Assembly: GCF_000317515.1 (NCBI RefSeq)
Contig: NC_019738.1
Span: forward strand, 2,001,623-2,065,622
Origin: Allocoleopsis franciscana PCC 7113
GTDB lineage: Bacteria > Cyanobacteriota > Cyanobacteriia > Cyanobacteriales > Coleofasciculaceae
DNA length: 64,000 nucleotides
Direction: 5' to 3'
Part shown: piece after piece, positions 10,178 through 21,400 of the stretch
How the letters are laid out: each line of letters opens with the position of its first letter
How positions within the stretch are numbered: the first letter of the stretch is position 1
Translations under genes and position numbers: made by a program
Notes under the pieces: model-generated
Seen by the model: the letters and a program-made list of their open reading frames with translations, nothing else
Told to the model about the DNA's origin: nothing
The model's database searches: none

Positions 10178-11848
10178 TTAGGCTACGTTATCGGACGCTT
10201 CTATAGAAGTTGATGTGGAAAGTTCCAAGGCAATCTGAATCTGATCGTTCAAAACCGCTTCGATATCATCTTCAGTAGTCAGTGGATTTGCAATCACTGC
10301 CCGCAGTGCAACAATAGGAACTTCTTTTCCAGCGCAGATAGTTGTTTTCATCGTCCGCGAGATAAAGGTACGACCCGCTTGACGCTGGCTTTTTTGAAGG
10401 CACTCATTAAATTGATTGATGAGTTGATTATCAGTTTCAGTTAACTGCTTCTTGGCAGCACGCTCTCTCAAGGACTCTGGGATGTAGCGATAGATTAGAA
10501 TGTTAATATCTGGCTGGGCTAACAATTCAAACTCAGACATGGCACAGATACGAGCAGCCATGTATTGAGTTTTCCTGATTCCTTCATCAATTAAAAATTC
10601 ATATCCCTTGACCCCTATCAGGTTTAGTCCAGCATGAAGGAATAATGCCATAGCGGGTCGAGAACCTTCCAAAGTCCGTTTTCCTAAATCGAACGAACTC
10701 TTACGCATGGTGTAACTGGCATTCTTTTCGATCGCTTGCGCCATTTTTGGATCGCGCAGAAAGACCATACCAATGCCCATCGGCAGATACAGTTGTTTAT
10801 GTCCATCAATAGTCACTGAGTCTGCCCGTTCGATGCCAGCAAGCTTATACCGATGTTGTTCGGAAAAGATGAGTGGCCCACCCCAAGCCGCATCTACGTG
10901 AAAATGAACATTAGCTTCTCGTGCAATCTCCGCGATTTGCCAAAGGGAATCCATACCACCAGAGTCTGTAGTGCCAGCAACGCCCACAATCGCGATAATA
11001 TGCTTGTTCTGAACACGACAGTCTGCAACAGCTTCGCGCAGGGCTTGTATGTCAACCCGATTGTTGCGATCGCTCTTAATTTTAATCAAACCCTGTGTAC
11101 CAATGCCCATTAAATCAGCCGCTTTATCAAACGAGTAGTGCATCAACTCAGAGCCAATCACCACTGCTCCTTTGTAGCCGTAGAAATTTAGGGCTACAGC
11201 TAAGCCTTCCTTTTCTACACCAAGAAAGCCATCCTTGGGTCCCAAAGAAGCATTACGAGCACACCAAAGCGCTGTGATATTTGCTGTAGTGCCTCCAGAA
11301 ACCAAAATGCCCAACGTACTCTGGCTGTTTTGAACATGCCGATCGTAGAAATGCTCAGAAAAGTTGTAAATCAGTCGATGCATCATTGCTAAAGCCTGAC
11401 GTTCATAGGGGCTTAAGGCTTTAGCCGTTTCCATTTTGACGGCGTTTTGGTTCATTGCCGTCATTAGTTTGGCTAGAGGTCGCACAAAATAAGGAAGTGC
11501 CGAGGTCATGTGACCGATAAATCGTGGCGAAGATGTGTGTACTGAATGGGCAATAACATTGTCAGCTAAGTATTCGAGATAGCTTTCAAAATCAGAAGGT
11601 TCAACAGGAACATTACTGTCAGAAAAATTTGCTATTACCGAAGCATAATCGATATCCGTATTAGTATAAATGGCGTCTAAAAAATCATGGGTTAAAGTAT
11701 CGAATTGCACATCTATTTTTTCCTCTACAGAGGCTACTTCTTTCGCTGAATTAAATAGTTGACTGATTTTTTCTTCAATCCCATAAGGCAAGTCTAGTTC
11801 AGTCTTAGTCAGTTGATTTGGTTGTGAAGTTTTTTGTTTAAATGTCAT
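10178..11848 (-). CDS. PLP-dependent group II amino-acid decarboxylase (glutamate/aspartate/aromatic decarboxylase family)
   Basis: HVDAAWGGPLIF and the PLP-lysine motif SVTIDGHKQLYLPMGIGMVF. Length of 556 aa fits the fold. Sits between NRPS and PKS genes in the same operon. Confidence 0.8.
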   Translation of the reverse strand: MTFKQKTSQPNQLTKTELDLPYGIEEKISQLFNSAKEVASVEEKIDVQFDTLTHDFLDAIYTNTDIDYASVIANFSDSNVPVEPSDFESYLEYLADNVIAHSVHTSSPRFIGHMTSALPYFVRPLAKLMTAMNQNAVKMETAKALSPYERQALAMMHRLIYNFSEHFYDRHVQNSQSTLGILVSGGTTANITALWCARNASLGPKDGFLGVEKEGLAVALNFYGYKGAVVIGSELMHYSFDKAADLMGIGTQGLIKIKSDRNNRVDIQALREAVADCRVQNKHIIAIVGVAGTTDSGGMDSLWQIAEIAREANVHFHVDAAWGGPLIFSEQHRYKLAGIERADSVTIDGHKQLYLPMGIGMVFLRDPKMAQAIEKNASYTMRKSSFDLGKRTLEGSRPAMALFLHAGLNLIGVKGYEFLIDEGIRKTQYMAARICAMSEFELLAQPDINILIYRYIPESLRERAAKKQLTETDNQLINQFNECLQKSQRQAGRTFISRTMKTTICAGKEVPIVALRAVIANPLTTEDDIEAVLNDQIQIALELSTSTSIEASDNVA

Positions 11849-11981
11849 ATTTAAATCCTCTGAATAAATTATTTTTCACTTTTTGTGTAGCACAAAAAAC
11901 ATCTATTAATTCCCTAATTCAACCGAATTCCAGGTAGTTTTATTAGAGAATATACCCGTGGAATGGAGGTATTTGTTTGAA

Positions 11982-14900
11982 TTATTGAGATGGAGTGCTT
12001 TTGGGCTTGCCTGCTGCTCGATGTTTTTGTCTGACTTGTTTTCTGCGATTGATTGAATCAGTCCGGCTTCCAGAGCGGTTAGAAGATTGTGAAGAAGACG
12101 GTTGTTTGCTTTGCTCCTGACTTAAATATTGAGCTAAGTAGCTTATGGTTGGATATTGAAACATTCCAACTAAGGGAAAATCTCGCTGAAAGGTTTTTTG
12201 CAGCTTGCCATGAACCTGAACCAAGAGCAATGAATGACCGCCGAGTTCAAAGAAATTGTCATGGATACCTATCTCCTCGACATGAAGGACTTCTTGCCAA
12301 ATAGTGGCAATTGTTTGTTCTACTTCAGTCCGGGGTGCCTGATAAGCCGCTTCCAACTCGGGACGCGATCGCTCGTCGGGCATTGGCAGCGCTCGATGGT
12401 CTACCTTGCCATTGGGTAGCAGTGGCAGAGCTTCTAGCATCACGAAAGCTGATGGCACCATATAGTTGGGCAGCTTCTGTTTGAGTAAGCGATGAAGTTC
12501 ACTAATTGCGATCGCCTGCACTTCGTGCCGCTTCTTTAACGGCATAGCTTCGCTTACCCACTGCTCTAGATCAGAAACGACATAAGCCACCAATTGCTGG
12601 TTACCGGATTCATCTTCCCTAGCCAGAACTACTGCCTCCCGTACCCCTGGATGTTGACCTAGCACCGCTTCAATTTCTCCCAGTTCGATGCGGAAACCGC
12701 GAAGTTTCACCTGGTTGTCGATTCGTCCCAGGAATTCGAGGTTACCGTCCGGTAGGTAGCGAACTAAGTCCCCAGTTTTGTATAGACGCACACTCGATTT
12801 GGGACTTCTAAATTGTGCGTTAGTCTCACAAGATTCTGAATTTTGATTAGAATCTGCCAATCTAAAATCTACAATCGGCAATTCCAAATCATTGAAAGGG
12901 TTTGGGATAAACCGCTCTGCCGTCATCTCTGGTCGGTTCAGGTAGCCCCTAGCAAGTCCTGCACCGCCTACATAGAGTTCACCAGGCACACCGATGGGAG
13001 CAGGCTTTAGATGCCGATCTAGCACGTAGATTTGCGTATTGGCGATCGGGCGACCGATGGAAACGTGCGAAGGAGCTTTATCTTGCGGACTTATGCTGTA
13101 GCAAGTCACGTCAGCAGACACTTCTGACGAACCGTAAAGGTTTAAGAGGGTACGATGAGACATGATCTGTCGAAACTTCTGCAATAGGTCTACTGAAAGT
13201 GCTTCTCCACTCGTGACCCAGAGCTTCAACTTGGGTAGCCGTTTTTGGAGGTCGCTGGCAGTATCCAAAAGTACGCGCAGCAATGAGGGGACAAGTACGA
13301 GTCGCGTTACCGCATTGTCGGCAAGGGTTTCCACAAACTGTTGAGGGTCTTTGAGAACTTGATCGGACACAATGACGATCCGCACTCCTTGGAGTAATGG
13401 CCCAAAAATCTCCCAAACGGAGTCCACAAAGTTTAAGGATGTTTTTTGACAACAAACTTCTTCGGCTTCAAAGGGATAGGTTTCCCACATCCAGTGAAAA
13501 CGATTGACGGCACCTTGATGAAGACCGAGAACCCCCTTGGGTTTCCCAGTCGAGCCAGAGGTGTAGATGACATAAGCCAGATTGTTAGCCGTAGAACTAC
13601 TGACGAGATTCTCTTGGCTTTCCTGGGCAATACTACCCCAGTCAGCGTCCAGGTAAACGACCTGTGCCTCATGTTCGGGAACTCTCTCGACCAGATGCTG
13701 CACAGTTAGCAGTACTTGTACTTGAGCATCTGAAAACATGAAAGCTAATCGCTCTTGCGGATAAGCTGGATCGAGGGGTACATATGCGCCACCCGCTTTC
13801 AGGATGCCCAAGAGTCCAATGACCATATGGAGCGATCGCTCTACACAAATGCCCACCAGTACCTCTGGTTTTACACCTAGCTTTTGCAGGTGGTGCGCTA
13901 GTTGATTTGCCCTAGCGTTGAGTTCTCGGTAGGTTAATTGTTGCCCTTCAAATACTACCGCTACAGCATCGGGTGTCTTCTCCACCTGAGCTTCAAAAAG
14001 CTGATGAATGCATTGATTGTGGGGATAATCAGCCTGTGTATCATTCCATTCCACTAATAGCTGATGGCGCTCGGCTTGGGTCAATCGAGGTAAATCTGAA
14101 AGGCGTACTTTAGGATTGGCGACCATTCCTTCTAGTAAGGTTTGTAAATGACCCAACATCCGAATAATGGTAGCTGCATCAAAACGGTGGCAATTGTACG
14201 CAATTTTCAGTTCTAACTCTTCTCCAGGTATTGCAAACACACTCAGAGGATAGTTCGTCTTTTCAAAGGCACGAATATTATCAACCTTGAGGTTAGCGAC
14301 TCGCTCCCGCAAGGAAGACTCTATGGGGTAGTTCTCAAAAATTACCAGACTCTCGAACAGAGGCAAATCTCTAGGTATTTCACTCCAGCCGTGAATTTCC
14401 ACTAGCGGACTATACTCGTACTGACCCATCTCAATGTATTGAGCTTGGATGTGCTTGAGCCAAGGCAGGAGGAATTCGTCAGGAGCTACCTGCACCCGTA
14501 TTGGCAGGGTATTGATCAACAGACCTACCATAGACTCTACATTCAGCAGAGCAGACGGGCGACCGGAGACGGTCGCTCCAAATACTACATCGTCCTGAGT
14601 GCTGTAACAGCTCAGGAGTAAACCCCAAGCTCCCTGAATCAAAGTATTGAGAGTCAGATGTTGCTGCTGTGCCAGTGATTTTAGTGCGGCTGTTAGTGCG
14701 ATCGATAGTTTGATTTCTTGCTCGTCGTAGTTCTCTTCCAGATTCGGAAACCTTAGAGAAGCTTGACCTACTTCCAGTGGTGTTGGAGCTGTAAAACCTT
14801 TAAATTTCTCTCGCCAGAATGCTTTGGCTTGAGACATATCCTGCTGCTGTAGCCATGCAATGTAGTTCCGATAGGGGCAAGGTAGTTTTAGTTCGGGGAT

Positions 14901-15416
14901 TTGACCTTGGCAAAATCCCTCATAGTAGGCAATGACTTCTTTAACGATTATGGGTAAAGACCAACCATCCAGCAGTAGATGGTGATGGCTCCAAACAAAA
15001 TGATAGTGAGTCTCGGCAAGTTTGATTAGAATTAGGCGCATTAGCGGCGCTTTGGACAGTTCAAAACCGCGCTTTCGGTTTGCGTCCAGTAAATTTTCCA
15101 GTCGTTCCTTTTGTTCAATGGGAGGGACGCTTTGCCAGTCTTGTTCTTCCCAATCGAGTTTTACGTGCCGACCTACTATCTGAAGGGGCTTTTCCAGTTT
15201 TTCCCACACAAAGGCGGTTCGTAAAACGGAATGCCGATTGACTACTTGCTGCCAGGCTTGGGCAAAGGCAGAAACGTTCAATTCTCCCTGCAATTCGCAA
15301 CTTAGTTGAGTGACATATACGTCGGATGCTGGGTCATAAAGGCTATGGAAAAGCATCCCCTGCTGCATCGGAGAGAGAGGATAGACATCTTCAATGTTTT
15401 TATTTTTTAAACTCAT
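11982..15416 (-). CDS. NRPS module C-A-PCP with an insertion in the A domain and an S/Q-rich C-terminal tail
   Basis: C: HHHLLLDGWSL. A: LAYVIYTSGSTGKPKG, core NFVDSVWEIF, YKTGDLVRYLPDGNLEFLGRIDNQVKLRGFRIELGEIE. PCP: FFELGGHSLLLVQV. ATGA start/stop overlap with the upstream NRPS at 15413-15416. Confidence 0.9.
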   Translation of the reverse strand: MSLKNKNIEDVYPLSPMQQGMLFHSLYDPASDVYVTQLSCELQGELNVSAFAQAWQQVVNRHSVLRTAFVWEKLEKPLQIVGRHVKLDWEEQDWQSVPPIEQKERLENLLDANRKRGFELSKAPLMRLILIKLAETHYHFVWSHHHLLLDGWSLPIIVKEVIAYYEGFCQGQIPELKLPCPYRNYIAWLQQQDMSQAKAFWREKFKGFTAPTPLEVGQASLRFPNLEENYDEQEIKLSIALTAALKSLAQQQHLTLNTLIQGAWGLLLSCYSTQDDVVFGATVSGRPSALLNVESMVGLLINTLPIRVQVAPDEFLLPWLKHIQAQYIEMGQYEYSPLVEIHGWSEIPRDLPLFESLVIFENYPIESSLRERVANLKVDNIRAFEKTNYPLSVFAIPGEELELKIAYNCHRFDAATIIRMLGHLQTLLEGMVANPKVRLSDLPRLTQAERHQLLVEWNDTQADYPHNQCIHQLFEAQVEKTPDAVAVVFEGQQLTYRELNARANQLAHHLQKLGVKPEVLVGICVERSLHMVIGLLGILKAGGAYVPLDPAYPQERLAFMFSDAQVQVLLTVQHLVERVPEHEAQVVYLDADWGSIAQESQENLVSSSTANNLAYVIYTSGSTGKPKGVLGLHQGAVNRFHWMWETYPFEAEEVCCQKTSLNFVDSVWEIFGPLLQGVRIVIVSDQVLKDPQQFVETLADNAVTRLVLVPSLLRVLLDTASDLQKRLPKLKLWVTSGEALSVDLLQKFRQIMSHRTLLNLYGSSEVSADVTCYSISPQDKAPSHVSIGRPIANTQIYVLDRHLKPAPIGVPGELYVGGAGLARGYLNRPEMTAERFIPNPFNDLELPIVDFRLADSNQNSESCETNAQFRSPKSSVRLYKTGDLVRYLPDGNLEFLGRIDNQVKLRGFRIELGEIEAVLGQHPGVREAVVLAREDESGNQQLVAYVVSDLEQWVSEAMPLKKRHEVQAIAISELHRLLKQKLPNYMVPSAFVMLEALPLLPNGKVDHRALPMPDERSRPELEAAYQAPRTEVEQTIATIWQEVLHVEEIGIHDNFFELGGHSLLLVQVHGKLQKTFQRDFPLVGMFQYPTISYLAQYLSQEQSKQPSSSQSSNRSGSRTDSINRRKQVRQKHRAAGKPKSTPSQ

Positions 15417-18400
15417 CTTGCACCTCCTCCCTCAAACTCAACCATTCCCAATACTGCATCTAAGTCGTCTTGACCAAGTTGCGCTAGTGGAAAGTCTGAG
15501 GGCGTGAAGCCACCAGCTTCAGGAGATTGACAGTGAGCGATCAGCGATCGCAACGCTTCCACAAAACCCTGAGCCAAGGTCTCAATCGTTGAGCGACGAT
15601 GTACCTTGTGGTTATAACTCCACTTCAGTTGCAATTGCCCCTGACTCACCAACCCATCGATTTCTAAAAGATGCGATCGCTTACCTCTGAGACTTCGAGC
15701 TAATCCACTCGATTCTTGAGTCAAGCCAAACAAAGACGATTCCGAAAGGGTTTGGTCAAACTGACCCAAGTAGTTGAAAATGACCTCAGCCTGCGGCAGA
15801 GTCCTCAGTTGTTCGGTAATCTCCGGGTCATCACTGAGATAGCGCAGTACACCATAGCCAATGCCTCGATTGGGAATGCCACGAAGCTGTTCTTTAACTT
15901 TCTTCAAAGCATCTCCTGGGTTAGAAGCCTCTCCTAGATTCAGGAGTACCGGAAAGATAGTGGTGAACCAACCCACGGTGCGTGACAAATCTACATCATC
16001 GGCAATGTCTTCCCGCCCATGACCTTCTATATTGACTAACAGAGTGCGTTCACCCGTCCATTGAGCAAAAGCTTGCACCAGTGCCGTTAACAATACATCG
16101 TTGATCTGAGTGTTATAAATTTGTGGCACTTCCTTGAGTAAGGCTTGGGTCTCTGAGAAACTCAAGGTACTCGATACACACCCCACAGAAGCCATTGTGT
16201 TTTCGCCCCCAGGAAAATCTACAGGTAGAGGGATGGACGGCTTACGGGACTGGCGTCGCCAGTAGTCCAACTCTTGCTGTAGGGCAGTTGAGCGTACATA
16301 CTCCCCCAGCTTTTGAGACCACTGCTGGAAAGATGTTGTTTTTGCGGGTAACTGTACTTGTTCACCCTGGCTCAGTTGCTGGTAGGCTGTTTGCAAGTCT
16401 TCTAGCAAGATTCGCCAAGAGACTCCATCTACAACCAAGTGGTGAATCACGATCAGTAAGCGGCTGGGTTGGTGAACCCCTAAGTCGAAGAAACCCACGC
16501 GCACGAGTAGTCCGGTTGAGAGGTTAAGACTGGCTTGTAATTCGGTGGCAGTTGCCTCAATCGCTAACGTTTGCTCTGCCTCTGCCAGCGCTGAGAAGTC
16601 CCACCGGGTTAATGGCACGGATACATCAGGACTGGATTGAACCTGCTGCCACCCAGACTCTATTGGTTCAAATCGCAGGCGGAGGACATCGTGGTGGAGT
16701 AACAAATGCTGCAGTGCTTGTTCTAACAGAGCTAAGTCGATCGCTTGTCGCACTTCCAGCAAAACAGCTTGGTTAAAATGGTGCGGATCGGATAGATTTT
16801 TCTCAAAGAACCATTTCTGGATGGGCGTTAGAAAAACTACACCCGTGACTAATCCTTGCTCTGCTAAGAGTACCTTCTTGGTGACGGCAACGGCTGCTAA
16901 GTCGGCAATATTCTGGTATTCAAATAACTGTTTGGGGGTTAACTGTAAACCTGCCTGGTTTGCCCTGGCAACGATTTGGATCGTGAGGATGGAATCTCCC
17001 CCCAATTCAAAAAAGTTATCGTAGATACCGACCTGCTCTACACCGAGGACTTGAGACCAGATCTCAACTAGCGTGGTTTCGACCGGAGTGCGGGGAGCCA
17101 CAAACGCTTTATCCAGTTCGGGTCTGACTGTATCGGGTGCTGGCAGTACTTTGCGGTCTATCTTGCCGTTCGGTGTTAGGGGCAACGCTTCGAGCTGCAC
17201 AAAAACCGAAGGCACCATGTATTCGGGCAACTTCTCTTTGAGGAAGCGACGCAGGTCATTGATAGAAGGTGCTAGCTGTTGTTCTGTAACTATATAGGCA
17301 ATCAGGCGCTTGTCCCCCTGCACCTTTTCCTGAGCGAGAACCACCGTTTCTCGCACTGCTGGGTGTTGATTCAGTGCCGCTTCAATTTCCCCTAATTCAA
17401 TGCGGAAACCCCGAACTTTTACTTGATGGTCGATGCGACCGAGGAATTCAATCTCTCCATTGGGCAGATATCTGGCTAAATCCCCGGTTTTGTACAGCCT
17501 TCTACCTTCTGCCTTCCCAAAAGGGTTAGGAATGAATTTCTCTGCTGTAAGTTCGGGGCGGTTGAGGTAGCCTCGTGCCAGTCCGTCACCACCGATGTAC
17601 AGTTCTCCTGGCACACCAATGGGAGTAGGTGTCAGGTGAGAGTCGAGGATATAGATTTGCGTGTTGGCAATAGGGCGACCGATGGGAACGGTTTGTCGTT
17701 CGCTCTGGCGCTGGCACTGCCAGAAGGTAACATCAATGGCAGCTTCAGTTGGACCGTAGAGGTTGTGCAGTTCGGCATCGAGACGCGCAAAGAAGCGTTG
17801 AGTCAGTTCAAAGGGTAGTGCTTCGCCGCTACAAATCACCCGCTTGAGACCGTTACAGGTTTCAAGTCTAGGTTCTTCTAAGAAAACTTGGAGCATTGAG
17901 GGGACGAAATGAAGGGTGGTAATTTGCTCAGTGGCAATCAGTTTGACCAGGTAAGCACTGTCCTGATGTCCTCCGGGTTTGGCAACCACCAGACGCGCCC
18001 CAGTCATCAGCGGCCAGAAGAACTCCCAAACTGACACATCGAAGCTGAAGGGGGTCTTTTGCAGAATGCGATCGCCTATCGTTAACTGATAGGTTTCCTG
18101 CATCCAGACCAAACGATTGCAAATCCCTTGATGGGTGTTCATCGCCCCCTTGGGCGTGCCTGTGGAACCAGAGGTGTAGATCACGTAGGCTAAGTTATCG
18201 GTTGTCGCTCCGCTATCGGGGTTTTCCTGACTCCGATTGGCAAGCATCTCGCCGTCGGTGTCCAGACAGAATACCTTAGCTTGATGAGTCGGTAATGTCT
18301 CCAACAACTGGAACTGGGTGAGCAAGACGGGAACTTGGGCATCCTCTAACATGAAAGCGAGGCGTTCTGGAGGATAAGTTGGGTCTAGCGGAACATAGGC

Positions 18401-21400
18401 TCCACCTGCTTTGAGGATACCCAAGAGTCCAATGACCATATCAAGCGATCGCTCTACGCAAATTCCTACCAGTACCTCTGGTTTTACACCTAGCTCTTGC
18501 AAATAATGGGCTAGCTGATTCGCCCTAGCGTTCAGTTCCCGGTAAGTCAACTGTTGGTTTTCAAAGACTACCGCTACAGCATCGGGCGTTCTCTCTACCT
18601 GCTCCTCAAATAGCTGATGAATACAGACATCTTTTGGATAATCGGCCTGAGTTTGATTCCATTCTCTCAACAACTTATGCTGCTGTGCTTCACTCAACAG
18701 GGGCAATTCAGCAACAGTTTGTTGGGGATTTTCCACAATGGCTGACAACAAGTTCTGGAAATGAGCCGCCATCCGCTCAATGGTTGACCCGTCAAACAAG
18801 TCACTGTTGTACTCCCATTCCCCCACCAATCCCTGGGAAGTTTCGGTGATTAACACTGTTAAATCAAACTTAGCAATTGTGCTTTCCCGCTCTAACTGAG
18901 TCAAAGTCACACCGGGTAATTCTACTTCACCCATCGGTGCGTTTTGCAACACAAACATCACTTGAAACAGGGGAGAATGACTCAAAGAGCGTTGCGGTTG
19001 CAAGACTTCTACTACCTGCTCAAAAGGCACATCCTGATGTTCATAGGCTTTGAGTGTGGTGTCCCTAACTTGTGCCAGTAAGTCTTTCATACTGGGATTA
19101 TCTTCAAAACGGGTTCTCAATACCAAAGTATTCACAAAAAAGCCAATCAAAGATTCAATTTCACGGCGATGGCGATTGGCTATAGGAGAACCAATTAAAA
19201 TATCTTCTTGACCACTGTAACGATAGAGTAAAGTAGCAAACGCCGCCAACAGGGTCATAAATAAAGTCGTCCCCGACTCCTGAGACAGAGTTTGCAACTT
19301 TTGGGTTAAATCAGTATCTAAAGTAAAACTTTGAGTCGTACCCCGGTAAGTTTGCACACTTGGACGAGGGCGGTCAGTGGGTAATTGTAACAAGTCTGGC
19401 GCACCCTGCAATTGTTGCTGCCAGTAATTGAGTTGCGTTTCTAGTACCTCGCCACACAACCATTGTCTTTGCCAAACGGCAAAGTCGGCATACTGGATTG
19501 GTAATTTTGCTAAAGGAGACGGCTCTCCCGTACAAAATGCTTGATATAAACTAGACAGTTCTTGGATAAATACTCCGATTGACCAACCATCAGCAACAAT
19601 GTGGTGCATCGTCAGTAACAATACAGATTCTGTTGCTGATAACTGCAACAAACTACACCTGATTAATGGTGCTATTTCCAAGTTAAACTCTGTAATGGCT
19701 TCAAGTTGTAGTTGTTGGTGTAGGACAGTTTCTCGTTCTGGTACTTCTAGTCGCTCTAAGTCCACCAGAGTTATGTTCAGGGTGGCTTCTGGATGAATTA
19801 CCTGTATGGGTGTGCCGTTAACAGTTTGGAAGCTCGTGCGTAGTACTTCGTGGCGGCGTAATATTTCTGATAAGGCTTGTTGTAGGGCATGAACATTTAA
19901 GTTACCAGTGATGCGGAGTGCCCCTGATAAGTTGTAAGTGGCACTTGACCCTTCCAGTTGGTTGAGGAACCACAGTCGCTGCTGGGCAAAGGACAGGGGT
20001 ATTTGTTCGCCCTCGGTTCTGGGTTGAATGGGGGGAAGACTTAATCCACTATTGGTAGTACGTAGTTGAGTTAATGTTTGCTCTAATTGAGCGACGGTGG
20101 GAGATTCAAAGACTGTCCGTAGTGGGATTTCTACGTCCCAGGCAACTCTGAGTCTCGAAATTAATTGGGTGGCTAGTAGAGAATGCCCTCCCAATTCAAA
20201 GAAGTTGTCGTGGATTCCTACATTTTGCACGCCGAGAACGGAAGCGAATATATTGGCTATTATTTCTTCACTTGGTGTGCGGGGTGCTACGCATTGATGT
20301 TCTCGGTTGATTTCTCCATCAGGTGCTGGTAGTGCTTTTCTATCTACTTTGCCGTTGGGTGTTAAGGGTAGGGTGTCTAAGGTAACAAAGACATTTGGCA
20401 CCATGTATTCGGGTAGCTTTGAAAAGAGGAATTCACGGAGTTGATTGTTGGTGAGTGATTCATCTCTAGTAACAATATAGGCAACTAAGCGTTGGTTACT
20501 AGCAATGTCCTCTGTGGCAATGACTACAGCTTGTTGGATTTGGGGGTGGGTGTTGAGGACTGCTTCAATTTCTCCGAGTTCGATGCGGAAGCCTCGAATC
20601 TTTACTTGATGGTCAATGCGACCGATAAATTCAATATTTCCATCTGGCAAATACCGACCTAAATCACCAGTTTTATACAACCTTTCCTGGGTTCGGGGAT
20701 GAATAATAAAACTAGCATTAGTCTTTTCTGGGTTTCGCCAGTAACCCTTAGCGAGTCCAATTCCCCCGATGTAAAGTTGTCCAGTCACCCACACTGGACA
20801 TGGCTCCAAAGCTTCATTCAGGACATAAAAATGTTGATGGCGCATTGGGCGACCGTAGGGAATGCTTTTCCAAGTTGGATCAACTTTTTCAATGGGATAG
20901 AGAATTGACCAGATAGAGGCTTCTGTCGCGCCGCCTAAACTAATGACCTGCACATCTTGAAACAAAGTCCGAATCTGGTCGGGTAAGCTTAGGGGTAGCC
21001 AATCTCCACTTAACATCACCAACCGCAAAGATTGAGGTAATAATTCTGAGCGATTAGCCGCATATTCCACCAGCATCTGCATCAAAGCTGGTACTGAATT
21101 CCAGATAGTGACCTGATGTTGTACGATTAATTGCGCCCAGTGGGCAGGGTCTTTTGTGGCATCGGCATCAGGAATGACAATGGTTCCTCCCGCTGCCAGG
21201 GTGCCAAAGATGTCATACACCGACAGGTCGAAACTCAGAGATGATAGGGCAAATACCCGGTCTTGGGGTTGAACGTTAAAGCGCTGGTTGATGTCGAGGA
21301 TGGTATTAACAGCACCTCGATGGTCAATCATGACTCCTTTTGGTTTGCCAGTTGAGCCAGAGGTGTAGATGACGTAAGCTAAATCCGACGGTTGTTGTAT

